Below, one piece after another: positions 38,832 to 50,265 of a stretch of 64,000 bases of DNA (the first letter of the stretch is position 1; each line of letters begins with the position of its first letter). The position numbers were made by a program, and so were the translations under genes. This stretch comes from Eledone cirrhosa (Eukaryota). The notes beneath the pieces are model-generated. The model saw nothing but the letters and a program-made list of their open reading frames with translations, was not told the origin of the DNA and ran no database searches. The stretch spans positions 313,534,001 to 313,598,000 of the forward strand of contig OZ024743.1 in assembly GCA_964016885.1 (NCBI GenBank). The letters are read 5' to 3'.

Positions 38832-40649
38832 TTGCCGAAAAATTTCGTTCTTGGCAGCATGGCGGAAAAGATGGCAGACATGTCTGCCATTAGCTCTGCC
38901 ACGCCCCCCAAGTCTGAAGAACAAAAAATAATTACAACAAAATTAGACAACGAAACAAACAAAGAAAATGAAAAAACAAATGTTAAGGAAAATGAGCAAA
39001 CGGAAAACAAACAAACAGAAAATAATACAAATAACAACAGGGCAACTTTCGCCCAGAAAACAAAACAATCCATTACATACACACCAATTGACCTAACGGC
39101 CGCCAGAGAAAAACTGGCCGAAGCAAAGAAACACATTGTTTTGGGGGAAAACGGAATGTTTTCCATTAACTCCTCCCCAGAATTCAAGAAAGCGAGAACA
39201 GAGAACACAGTTCTCTTCAGAACAATCCTAAACCAAACAAGAAAGCCAGCACAGCCCAGCCAAATGGAGATAGAGTTGGTCCTAAAAGACTATATGAAGA
39301 ATATTCTCTTCATACGAAAGGACCGACTCTATGGCAGCATTTCGGTCCTAACAAAAGACAAGGAAACGGCGGAGAAGCTTTCCATAAGCCCACTCTCATC
39401 GACAACATACAGCTTCTATCCCTCCTACATGGGTAGAAGAACACAGAGAGTAAAAATACAAACAATGCTGCCCACAATGGACTTCTGGTGGGCTATTGCT
39501 GGCTTCATAGACATGGGCGAGGACACAGTGCTGTCAATGGGGAAGGCATCCGGAGATGCGTTCCTGGGAATGGGCCTCGACCTACTAGTCCAAATGAGGC
39601 CCGAAAGAATAGCACAAATCCTGGATCGCATCTGGCTGGATGAGCTCACCCCAATAGATATAATTGTAGAGGGGAGAAGACCAGCATGCTATTTATGCAC
39701 GGAAAGGGGACACATTAAGGCTAACTGCCCGAAACGTATCCCCCAAAAAGGACTATTGCCCACACCCACCACAAACAGTACACCAACACCACCCACCTCC
39801 AAAAATACACTAATACCACACACAGCAAACAAAATACAAACACCACCAAGCACAACACAAACATCACCACCACCAGCACCAACACAAACACCACCACCAC
39901 CATTACCAACCACAAGCACGACACAAACAGCACCACCACCACCACAAAACGCATTCCAAACAAATAATTAAAAAAACAGCAACAAATCTACCCCTCCCGC
40001 AAAAAAACAACAACCAGACACGACGTCCCTCCCACCTAGCGCTGAAGAGTTTCCCCCAACTTCTGAAGAAGAAGGAGGAGAAGCCTTCAGACAAGTTAAA
40101 AGAAAAAAAAGAAAGCACACACCCAGCACACCACAAATAACCCACACACAAACACCAACTCCAATAAAAAACACCCCACCCTCAACAAACAAAAATAAAT
40201 CTGCGCCTCCCCTCTCCGAAACATTGACAGCATCACAAAAAAAGACATTGCAATACACATATATAAATAAAGAAAACAAAAAACTGTTTAAATTAATAAA
40301 CAATAGCCCTTTGGTGCAGACCGAAGGGCCAAACTTTATCTCAACAGAGAACTTCACCCATTTAAAAATGATAAAGGTCCCTCTGGACCTTTATCGTTCC
40401 TTAAAAGAACAATTTAGACAGGACGTGAGCCCCCCCCCCTGTTTAAAACCGTTAAATCGCGTCCTCTTGAAAGATTTCCCCATGACCTCCCCTCTCCCTG
40501 ACACAACTCCAAACACCCCAACCCCACCACACTCGGGCACCCCCACACCACCGCAAAACATCCCTCCACCCAACACACCTGAAGCCATGGAAATTACACA
40601 GCCCAGAGAGGTAGGTGCTTTTCTTTCTTCACTTTCAACACCAAAATAG
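38832..40649 (+). CDS. Tx1 ORF1 (gag-like, CCHC knuckle), interrupted near 39970
   Basis: CYLCTERGHIKANC knuckle. The downstream ORF 40224-40649 is homologous to the C-terminus of copy A ORF1, implying a disruption in the A-rich linker. Confidence 0.85.
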
Positions 40650-40654
40650 ATCAA

Positions 40655-41511
40655 TTGAGAGTTGGCTGTTTGAACGCGCGTGGCCTGGGCTCAGCTTGGA
40701 AGCAAGCAAAGCTACTAAGTGACCTCAGGTCACGAAGTATAGATGTGATGGTTGTTTGCGAGAGTCGGATCAGCAGCGTGCGACAGCTGGCTCCCGCCTT
40801 CGATGACTTTGAGATGCACGCATCTCTCTGTCAACCCGGAGGCGGGGGGGGGGAGTTGCCGTACTGCTGGATAAACGTCTGGCTCTCGACGTACAGATTG
40901 TTCACTCGGACCCGGGGGGTCGATTACTGGTGCTGGACGTCGGAGGCGGTGAAGGCGGGGCTTTCAGACTGGTCGGTCTTTATGCCCCCTTCGGGGCTGA
41001 AAGAGCCGACTTCTTCCAGCGACTGGAGACTTTTCTAGGAACGTCGCGTTCCCTGCTTTTAGTGGGGGACTGGAATGGAATCCTAGATGCGCGTTGGGAC
41101 TATGCAGGGGCATGTCCCGATAGAGGGGGGTGTAGCAGCCTCAAGGGGTTACTCGATCGATTCGACCTGGTCGATAGATTTCGACTAGATTGTCCAACTG
41201 CGCCAACCTGGACCTGGGCAAACCGCAGTGGACAATCTAGATCGTACCTAGATAGGTTTTTGGTTAGGAGTAAGGATAGGGACGTATTTAGTTGTCCAGA
41301 ATTGATCATGGTTGGCTATTCAGATCACAAATTAGTGACCTGCGTGGTCAACCTTGATAGAACGCATAGACAGGGTCCCGGTTACTGGAAGATGAACTTG
41401 TCCTTGCCGGCAAAGAAAGATTACAGGAACCGGATTAGTGGCTTAGTTAAGATGCGGTTGACGGGAGCGATCGTCAACAGTAGGTGGTGGGTATCTAACG
41501 AGAGAGATTAG
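40655..41511 (+). pseudogene. Tx1 ORF2 APE endonuclease domain (frameshift in G-run ~40845)
   Basis: CLNARGL, VCES, LYAP, VGDWN, SYLDR, YSDH, GYWKMN motifs. Confidence 0.9.
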
Positions 41512-41620
41512 AGTAAGTTCGATAGGTTACAGTAAGGAACTAGCGGCGAATAGAAATAGGAAGGAAAGGGAGTTAACAGATAAACTAGAAGAGGCGATTA
41601 GGAGCGGAGACGTAGCCAGA

Positions 41621-44083
41621 GTGTTAGCGGCGAGAACGGCGTTGAGCCAGTTCTTTGACGCGAAGCACGAAGGCTGCGTTGTCCGAAGTAAAATACGTGC
41701 TTTAGGAAACGAGGGGACCAAAGCTGTTAGCTGGGCCCGCGTGACAGAAGCCAAGAGTGGGATTAAATCCACCATTCGGTCTTTGCGAGACCAGGATGGA
41801 CGGGTGATCCTTGAACCTGAGCGGATGTGCGAGGCCTTTCAAAGGCACTTTGCTCGACTGTTCGGAGGGGGCGGGGGGCCGGACGCGGATGTGGACTTCG
41901 GTCCATACCTCGACGGTCTACCGCGTCTTTCGAGCGGCGAAGCGGAGTGCTGCGAAAGGCCAATCACAGCCACTGAAATCGGGGAAGCGCTCAGCCAATG
42001 CAGCAGACGCAAATCTCCGGGTCTCGATGGTCTACCATACGAACTTTATTTAGCTATGCCGGTCTTGTTCTCCGAACTCCTCGAGGCTGTCTATTGCAAC
42101 TGGCAACAGAACGGGAGAATTCCCTGTTCTGTGACCAAGGGCGTGGTCACGCTAGTGAGGAAGGACGAGAGCAAGGGGGACGACTTAAGTAACTTTAGGC
42201 CCATAACTCTGCTGAATGCAGAGTTACAGATTTTGGCCAAGGTGTTGGCGAAGAGGTTGGCGCTTGTGGTGGGTGGTTTGGTGGGAGACGCGCAGACATG
42301 CGCTATCCCGTCCAGGTCCATTCACGACAACCTCCACCTCATGCGATACATCATAGAGAGGGTTGGCAACGAACCCGGCTTTGGTGGGGCCCTGATCAAC
42401 TTGGATCAATCTAAGGCGTTCGATAGGGTCCACCATGGTTACCTGGATGCGGTGCTAGCGGCGGCGGGCTTCGGACCCGTTTTCAGGGGCTGGATTTCTG
42501 CTATGCACAGTGGCAACATCTACTCTAGGATTAAAGTAAACGGCTACGTCTCGGAGCCGTTTCAAATCACCCGGTCCATCAGACAGGGGTGCCCCCTCTC
42601 CTCCCTTCTGTACGTATTGACTCTCGAGCCACTGCTGCGGAAGTTTGAGTTGCTGCGGGGCATACCCCTGGAACCGGGATTGCACAAAGCGGTCTCGGCC
42701 TATGCCGACGACATAACAGTAATGGTGGCGGACGCCTCGGAAATCGGGGCGATCGCCACCCTACTGGAGGAATACGAAAGGCTGACGGGGGCTAGGCTGA
42801 ACCGGGACAAGTCAGTCGGTTTGCAACTCGGAACGTGGAGGGGCAAACCGATGCCGTTAGACGGTGTAGTCGGGCGGTGGACGGAGGGCCCGGTGAAGCT
42901 GCTCGGGGTCTGGTTCGGACCGGACCTCCAGGTGGAGAAGAATTGGGGCGAGGTGACGAGCAGGGTGTTTGCGCTGACCCAGAAGTGGGCCAAGTGCAAA
43001 CTATCACTGAAAGGTCGGGTGGAGGTGACGAACGCTTACATAGCGTCCGTCATCTGCTACCGCCTGACCGGCGTGCCTTGCCCCAAGGAAAAGATCACCA
43101 TCATGGAACGCATGCTCTTCCAGTTCCTCTGGAAGAAGCGGCCTCCCATGGTGAGGAGATCCATCTGCTGCCAGCACCCTTCGAAAGGAGGGCTGGGTAT
43201 GCCGTGGCTGTTGATGCGTAGGCGCGCATTGAGGCTACGGCATCTACAGGTATTCCTCACCGGTCAGCCGGTGTGGGCCCTGTTTGTGAGGCGAGCCTTC
43301 CCACAGCTCGTCTCGCTCACCGAGCTGCAATCCTGGGTGAAGCAAAGACCGAGAAAACTGGGCAACTGGCACACCGAGTGTGCCCAGGCGCTCACGGCTA
43401 TCTGGCAAGCGGACCCGACTGTCAGTGGAGAATCCACCTCGACATTCTATAGAGGGCTGGTGGCTAGCAGGGGCGACGACACCCTTGGAGAGTCGCGAGG
43501 CATGGAGGAGGACGAACTGGCCAGACTGTTCGGTAGAACTTTCGGCCCGGGACCCATGGACAACTTCCAGAGGTCCCTAGCCTGGCAGTGTTACCGGGGG
43601 GCTCTGCCCGTTCGAGAAAAGCTCTACAGACACGGGCGCCCGGGCAGGGATCCAGCGAAAAAGATCTGTCCCAGATGCGTGCGCGACGAGGAAACCGTTG
43701 CGCATGCACTGGTACACTGCCCGGGCGTTGCCGATCTGTGGGGCTACGTCGAACGACTGCTGTCGCGTGTGGCGCCGATTCGATTAACCGCCGAGTCTGT
43801 GGTGAACATCAAGCCGCCGCCTCCCTTCAGAAACGAAGCAGAGGCGGTCTTTTTGTGCGTAATAGCCATGATGAAAGAGGTTGTGTGGTGGACGCGCCTG
43901 AAAGGTCTGAGGTCGGGTGACTTTCTCTCCGGCCATCACCTGGTTTACTTCTTCCGATACCACTTCGGAAGAAGGATCAGGATGGAGAGAGAAGTGCTTG
44001 GCCCCAGACAGTTTTATGAAAGGTGGGTGAAAGAAGCGAGAATGGCTCGTGTAAATGGGCCTTCTCTCTACATTGTTCTGTAG
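41621..44083 (+). CDS. Tx1 ORF2 reverse transcriptase + C-terminal zinc finger (820 aa open)
   Basis: KSPGLDGLP, RPITLLN, LDQSKAFDRV, RQGCPLS, AYADD, KLLGV, GGLG, CPRC..ETVAHALVHC. Confidence 0.97.
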   Translation: MLAARTALSQFFDAKHEGCVVRSKIRALGNEGTKAVSWARVTEAKSGIKSTIRSLRDQDGRVILEPERMCEAFQRHFARLFGGGGGPDADVDFGPYLDGLPRLSSGEAECCERPITATEIGEALSQCSRRKSPGLDGLPYELYLAMPVLFSELLEAVYCNWQQNGRIPCSVTKGVVTLVRKDESKGDDLSNFRPITLLNAELQILAKVLAKRLALVVGGLVGDAQTCAIPSRSIHDNLHLMRYIIERVGNEPGFGGALINLDQSKAFDRVHHGYLDAVLAAAGFGPVFRGWISAMHSGNIYSRIKVNGYVSEPFQITRSIRQGCPLSSLLYVLTLEPLLRKFELLRGIPLEPGLHKAVSAYADDITVMVADASEIGAIATLLEEYERLTGARLNRDKSVGLQLGTWRGKPMPLDGVVGRWTEGPVKLLGVWFGPDLQVEKNWGEVTSRVFALTQKWAKCKLSLKGRVEVTNAYIASVICYRLTGVPCPKEKITIMERMLFQFLWKKRPPMVRRSICCQHPSKGGLGMPWLLMRRRALRLRHLQVFLTGQPVWALFVRRAFPQLVSLTELQSWVKQRPRKLGNWHTECAQALTAIWQADPTVSGESTSTFYRGLVASRGDDTLGESRGMEEDELARLFGRTFGPGPMDNFQRSLAWQCYRGALPVREKLYRHGRPGRDPAKKICPRCVRDEETVAHALVHCPGVADLWGYVERLLSRVAPIRLTAESVVNIKPPPPFRNEAEAVFLCVIAMMKEVVWWTRLKGLRSGDFLSGHHLVYFFRYHFGRRIRMEREVLGPRQFYERWVKEARMARVNGPSLYIVL

Positions 44084-44314
44084 GTGAAGAAGTGAAGAGG
44101 AAAGAGGGAGCGCCTCCTTTCTGGGCTTCCCCCGCGAAAAGGGTTGCACACTTTTCGGGGGTATGTGCAATCCCGAACACGCCCCCTCCCTTTTGAGGAC
44201 TTTTTATTATTATATTATTATTGTTATTCCTTTTTCTTTACTCGATTTATGTAAACTCCCCCACTGTGTATTTGTCCCCTTCTTTTGTGCCCTCGTGGCA
44301 AATAAATAGAAATG

Positions 44315-44355
<41 letters not shown>

Positions 44356-44479
44356 CTATATATATATACGATATTAAATTTTAATATCGTATATCTACTC
44401 CCAAAACTTGTCGAGTGCTTTATATCAGTTATAAAATATTTACTTGTTGTATCCCAACAATTTTAAATAGAACTTTTGC

Positions 44480-44528
<49 letters not shown>

Positions 44529-44831
44529 TAAATTAACAGATTATAATTTAAGCAAAGAATCGCTGCTTTCACCCTCAACGGGATCTTCTGATATATATAT
44601 ATATATATAATAACTGTAATCTGAGTTTTTCGAATATTAATAATAACATTCGATTCGTTTGCAATTATGCAATTTTTTAGCCATATCAGTAGAATGAACC
44701 CTTCATTCTTGCTCTTGTGTTGGCATGTAAACAGAACTGCAGACACTAATGTTTCTGGGTATCACCTGCCAAACTGTCAGAGCTATGAAAATATATGCTA
44801 TTTTCAAAAATACACAGTGACTAATCGGCTT

Positions 44832-44924
44832 GATTTGCATATTAGCAGACTGGCTGATCAGTCAGATCTGCATATTAGCAGATCCACTGATCAGCCAGAT
44901 TTGCATATCAGCTGACTGGCCAGA
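44832..44924. repeat. 33-bp minisatellite (~2.8 copies) containing ATTTGCAT
   Basis: gatttgcatattagcagactggctgatcagtca / gatctgcatattagcagatccactgatcagcca / gatttgcatatcagctgactggcca. Confidence 0.75.
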
Positions 44925-45503
44925 TAGTTTCCTGTATGCGAGAGATAAATGGCCGGCTTTGCCACATTACATATGGGAAGCTCATAGGAATAATGTAAAG
45001 GGTATACCCAAAACATATATGAAAAAATATATAAAATGTATATAAAAATATATAAAGTGTATATAAAAAATATATAAAAATTATATAAAAATATAAAAGA
45101 TAAAAAAATAAAAAATAAAAAATATATAAAGAAAATACACATGGGGTTGTACATGAAAAAATACATAAAGTGTTGCATAATGGAATACGTTGACACACAC
45201 TACATAAAAAAATACACATGTAGTGAGTGCGGAAGAACAGCTTATAACATAGTATGTTACTGTGGCTGAAATAGAGTGCCTCAGTGATGTTTGATATGGT
45301 ATTGATTACCCCCATGGAAATTGAGCCACCGTATCATGGCTACTGCGACGGTGGTGTTTAAGATGAGGTGCAATGTCAAATGTGGAGCATTGAGGTGTCG
45401 ACTTACCCCACAGGGCATACATAGTTATCAAGGTATGGTGTCGGATCCCATGGACACGCGCCGCCATCCCTACTGGTGTCCGCTTCCGCTTCCCCGTATG
45501 GCT

Positions 45504-45935
45504 TTAGTTGGGGCCATCCGGGGGTACCCATGCGGAGAGTGTGCACTCTCGCTGGTGTCTACATGTCATGGTGATATCCGATTTCAGGTTGACTGTGTCA
45601 TCCTTTAATCTCACTATCTCCATGGCCTCGGACAAACATAGCCTGCACATCCTCTCACCGGCCGAATATGCACTGGCACGTTGAACGATACTCCAGTTGA
45701 GATCATACGTGGTGCCGGTGTCCTTCAAGTCCCATATTAGATCCACCAGCCTAGTGGAGTGTGTCTTGTTCCGTTCCTTGAAAGATTTCGTGTGATTGTA
45801 CATCCTCGATTTAAAGGTCGTGGATGCTGCGCCGATGTAGGTGCGCTTGGTGTTGTGCGTGTTAACCACACATTTATAAACGATGCTCTTCGTTAGGCAT
45901 ATTCCATGCAGAGGGCATTGTTGCAGGTTCGGTCT
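45504..45935 (-). CDS. Penelope-like element GIY-YIG endonuclease domain (Neptune-type), 5'-truncated
   Basis: In-frame upstream extension gives CPLHGICLTKSIVYKC..TYIGAASTTFKSRMYNHTKSF..IWDLK..CRLCLSE..N.KS....CRH. Confidence 0.9.
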   Translation of the reverse strand, partial: RPNLQQCPLHGICLTKSIVYKCVVNTHNTKRTYIGAASTTFKSRMYNHTKSFKERNKTHSTRLVDLIWDLKDTGTTYDLNWSIVQRASAYSAGERMCRLCLSEAMEIVRLKDDTVNLKSDITMTCRHQRECTLSAWVPPDGPN

Positions 45936-46575
45936 GTATTTTGCTCATTCCTAACGCTGGGTTCTGGCCTTATTACGGCGTTCTCTCTATTCTCTGCGTG
46001 TTTCTCGCCGCTGGGCCCTTCCCTGTCTGGCGTGTACACTATGGTTTATGTGTAACCGGCCCTGGGCAGTGCCTCATTACAATAATCGGCGTGCTGGTTA
46101 AACTCGTCTGCGTGTACTTTTTTTGTAATTTTCACGCACTTCCTCACGTAATATTTCGTTGTGCACTAAATGACGTACAGCATCATATGCATGCTTATAT
46201 ACACTTTCCAAATATTTTTGTGCAGTTTATTTTCATATATGTGCGTATGTGTGTGTGTATGTCTGTCTGTCTGTGTGTGAGTGCGTATATGGGTGTGTGT
46301 GTGTATATGTATGGATGTGTGTATATACAAGTACACACACGTATATGTATGTGTGTGTGTGTGTGCGTGTGCATGTACACACACACACATATATATGTAT
46401 ATATGCACATATATATATGCATATGTGCGTATATATATGCGTATGTGTATGTGTATGTGTATGTGTATGTGTGTGTTTGTAAGAGTAGGCTTGACTGAAT
46501 GCATATGTAAGCGTGTGTGTGCAAGTATGGGTGAGCATAGATGTGTGCGTATGTATGTACATGTGTGTAAATATA

Positions 46576-46611
<36 letters not shown>

Positions 46612-47109
46612 CATACATATATGTGACTGTGTATGAATAGATATATGTATATATGTGGGTCGTATGTCTACGTATGAATGTACCTATATATGAGAGGTGA
46701 ATGTATATATATATGTATTATACATGTGTGAACGCAAGCTCTATGTGTGTGTGTGTGTGTAGGTCCACACAGATAAGTGTACGGTTAATGGATCGGAATG
46801 CCTGTATATAGGTGTGAACACATGTGCGTGTGGGTGTATATGTATGGGGAGGCAGGCAAGCAAGGGATTGGCATGCAAATTTATAAAGACTCTAATACAC
46901 ACAGCAGTCATTTATGGTGACGGGATTGGGGTGAGTGACAGCTCATGCCTGAATGGAAATGGTCAGTGGGCAGATTTCAATGGTCAAGCACTATGATGAC
47001 GTCGGTAACTATCAACCAATGTAAGTGCCGCGCAAACAGGATGATGGCAGATGATAAAAATCGAAGAGTCTGCGTCCAGCAGAAAGAGAATTTGCTTCGA
47101 AGTCAGTAG

Positions 47110-47202
47110 ACGTATCTGAGGAACTTGCGAATCCAGAGTCGGGTTCGATCCACAAACAGATCGCACCTCGATCGGTTCGCCGGAGAAACAATTGTAATAC
47201 GT
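47110..47202 (+). ncRNA. Type I hammerhead motif with extended stem II
   Basis: acgtat-CTGAGGA-(actt.gcgaatc...ggttcgc.cgga)-GAAA-caattg-TA-atacgt, then aataaa. The base of stem II is imperfect. Confidence 0.7.
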
Positions 47203-47292
47203 AATAAATTGTGTACCGATGCATCACTGATTCTTCATTTTCCATATTATGTATATATATATATATACACACACACAGATATATATATATAT

Positions 47293-47652
47293 ATTTTCCA
47301 TTTTGACGTTATAGTCACTTATATATTATTAAATACTGTTGGGTTGTCGTGTTTGAGCTCTATTGATGAACGGTTCCAAACGTGACCATCCACACAGAAA
47401 AGTTTCGTGAAATAGTATTTTTAAGACTATATAGAGCATTTGTAGTTTTTCCAAATTGAAGGATGAGTATTTAAGCTTTATTTTAATCTGAGTTAAGACT
47501 CTATTGGTTTTTCCCTGGATTTCACAGAATCTGTGGATAAAATCTCTGTCTTGATTTTTTTTTAATTGAGTTTGAATTATTTTCCCATATCCTACGTTAA
47601 TTATTTTCCATTTTGACGTTATAGTCACTTATATATTATGAAATACTGTTGG
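47293..47652 (+). mobile_element. Retrozyme-like element: 310-bp monomer with 50-bp terminal direct repeat in (TA)n
   Basis: attttccattttgacgttatagtcacttatatattat.aaatactgttgg at 47293 and 47603. Confidence 0.75.
47357..47437 (+). ncRNA. Type I hammerhead motif (U3 with G8)
   Basis: gctcta-TTGATGA-acgg...tcgt-GAAA-tagt-atttttaag-acta-TA-tagagc. Confidence 0.75.
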
Positions 47653-47705
47653 CTTCTTGCTCACAATAATTTCTATATTTTCATTTATATATATGTATAT
47701 ATATA

Positions 47706-47825
47706 TATAGGAAAAAGAAGTATGACCCCGACGGCAGAGCTCAAGCCATTTCGACGGCTATTTGAGTCCAGAAATAGCCGTCGAAACGGCTTGAGGTCTG
47801 CCGTCGGGGTCTGCTTTTTCCTATT
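47706..47825. repeat. GC-rich hairpin next to (TA)n
   Basis: gaccccgacggcagagctcaagccatttcgacggctattt-gagtccag-aaatagccgtcgaaacggcttgaggtctgccgtcggggtc; related to 2310-2410 (shared aagtattgagtact). Confidence 0.85.
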
Positions 47826-48026
47826 TCCCACTCTACTACCCTAAGTATTGAGTACTCTGGTGCGTTATGGTCCATCTGGTTCCTTACCACAATTCCTTTG
47901 TTATATATATAATTTAGATGCCTCTACTCTACCAATATACTGAGTACTGTTTTTAAATGTTGTTACTCCTACCCCGACACAACTTGGGAATCTAAAGATT
48001 TTACCCCCCCCCCCCACATATATATG

Positions 48027-48076
<50 letters not shown>

Positions 48077-48085
48077 TATATATAA

Positions 48086-48120
<35 letters not shown>

Positions 48121-48199
48121 CATACATATATATCAAACTTGACGGGGCTCATGTTTGAATTCATTTCGAAATCAAAGACATGACATGTTTGAACCTACT

Positions 48200-49095
48200 T
48201 AGTGACATATTGAGCATATGGTTTATCTATAGTCCTAGATGGGTGTGAAATTGTTTAGACGGAAATTGTGTAGATGCCTATAGGGTGAATTTTACCTGCG
48301 ATTTAATAGTATGGTTACATGTGCTTTTGGGATCTTCTGCCACTTATATGTTAATTCATGAATTGATAGTTCAGTTGATCGAATAACTGAATGTTCATTT
48401 TATATATATCACGGTGATTGGAATGGATCGCTGTCAGCTTCGATATTTGTTCGATGAAAGAAACAACCAGCTCCTGAAATTAACGAATAAGTCAACTAGG
48501 AGCCGACAGGTAGATATATTCTTATCATAATTCTCAGGGATATTCAGAATGTGACAAAACTGACTCTTTGAATTACAGGTACAATTCATACGACGGGCTT
48601 CCGAACAGTTTCGTCTGCCCGATCTACTTTCATATAGAACGCTTGGATTAACCGAGGCTATGGTAAATGACACTTATCTTAGATGCAAAACAATGGGAAG
48701 AAACTGGGGATCGTAAGATTCAGTTGGCCATCTCATTTCATAGCACATGGCTTGTCTTCTGTTTCACTAGGTTATCTGGCCGAATATTCAAAACACACCT
48801 ATTTGTTGTTCTAAATAAAGGCTAAAGTCTGTCTAGAACCCAGAGGTTCATCATGCAGGTGCTTATTCCTGTTTATGTGGCATTAAGCGATTGAGGTTAC
48901 AGGACTTCCCGTGGACAGGACGCCAGACGACGCAAGGTTAAATCCCAAGCTATTCCTGGTAATTATTTTCAGCTGAATACACTGGAGCAACGCAAAATGA
49001 AGTGTTTTGATCAAGAATACAATATGCAACCCAGTTCAGGAATCGAACCCACGTTATGATAGTAAGTCCAATAGCCTAACCACTAGGCCACTGTT
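48200..49095. mobile_element. Cluster of older SINE fragments
   Basis: tagacggaaa.tg motif on both strands; reverse-strand tRNA head gtggcctagtggttagg...gggttcgattcctg at 49030-49092. Confidence 0.55.
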
Positions 49096-49769
49096 GAAAC
49101 AGTATTATTTTTCTCTTCTTCGACCAATTGCCTACCCACCGCTTGCCTGAGAAAATGTGTGGAGGTTCTAACAAAATGCAAGGAGCGCATTAGAAGAACA
49201 GTTAACTCCTTTTATGCCAAACTACCTCTGGTTCTATGATATAAAGCTGCTTGTGTTAAAGTGTTTGTATTTATCTAGAAACCTTCATTGTAATTATATA
49301 TAAGAAACCTTGTTATGTTAAGTTGCAAGTGTCAGCTTAATATTTTCAAAATGATTTAAACATTATAGTGTCTTTCATTAAAAATATGAGTTTTAAAATA
49401 CATTCGTGCGGAGTAATAACACAAAGAAACAAATCATAGCTGGAGTATTGGAAACTAAAACACAACTCGGAGGTCACACTTAGAAACATCAGTCAAGTCA
49501 CTCACCGTATTATTATAAGAAATATGAAAGTCAACGGCCCATTGGTAAATGTCGTTATAAATATAGTGTCTGAAAAATAGATGGATGGTTAAAGCTGGAA
49601 CCACTTTGATCATATATGAGCAAGTTCTAGCTTGCTCTAGAGCTGAACAACTACCAAGGTTGCGACAGGCTGCTAATCGATAATAGACCATCAATCGAAT
49701 ACGTTATAACTTCTGTCTTCTAAGAAAACGTACTGACACGTACACACACTACCGTTGTCACTCATATTA

Positions 49770-50265
49770 TTATCAAATCCCGCCGAGGTTAGATTTACCT
49801 TTCATCTTTACGGGGTCGATAAAATAAAGTACCAGTAATGCACTGGGGTCGATAATCGACTTTCCCCTCCCCCAAATTGCTGGTGTTGTGTCTATTGTAG
49901 AAATCATTATCAAATCCTGACGAAGTTAGCTTTGCTTTTATCGTTACGGGGTCGATAAAATATAGTACCAGTAACGTACAGGAGTCGATATAATCGACTT
50001 TCCCCTTCCCAAATATTTGGAATTGTGCCTAACTCTGAAACTATGTCGCTGGTGCATTGGCATATCGGTAGAGCGTCAGGCTTCCTGCTTCGCGGCATAG
50101 AGTTACATCCTTTTACGTTTTGAGTTTAAAAGCCGCTGAGGTTAGCTTTGCCTTTCTTCCTTACGGGGTCGATAAAATAATATACCAGTAACGCACTGGG
50201 GCCGATTTAACCGCTTGCCTCCCCACCAACATTATTGGCCTTGTGCCTAAATCAAAAGCCGTTAT
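49770..50265 (+). mobile_element. Head-to-tail chain of three OK-like SINEs (first two 5'-truncated at the B box)
   Basis: tcaaatcc..gaggttag..ggggtcgataaaata..accagtaa repeated three times. Confidence 0.85.

Larger units (their letters stand above)
38660..44314 (+). mobile_element. Near full-length Tx1-like non-LTR retrotransposon (copy B)
   Basis: 5'UTR, ORF1, ORF2 and 3'UTR with aataaa at 44301; flanked on both sides by (TC)n/(TATC)n/(TA)n. Confidence 0.95.

Noticed and set aside
42835-43920. Alternative-frame and antisense ORFs within Tx1 ORF2 and the Helitron gene
   Set aside because: Shadow ORFs expected in GC-richer coding sequence; no recognisable motifs.
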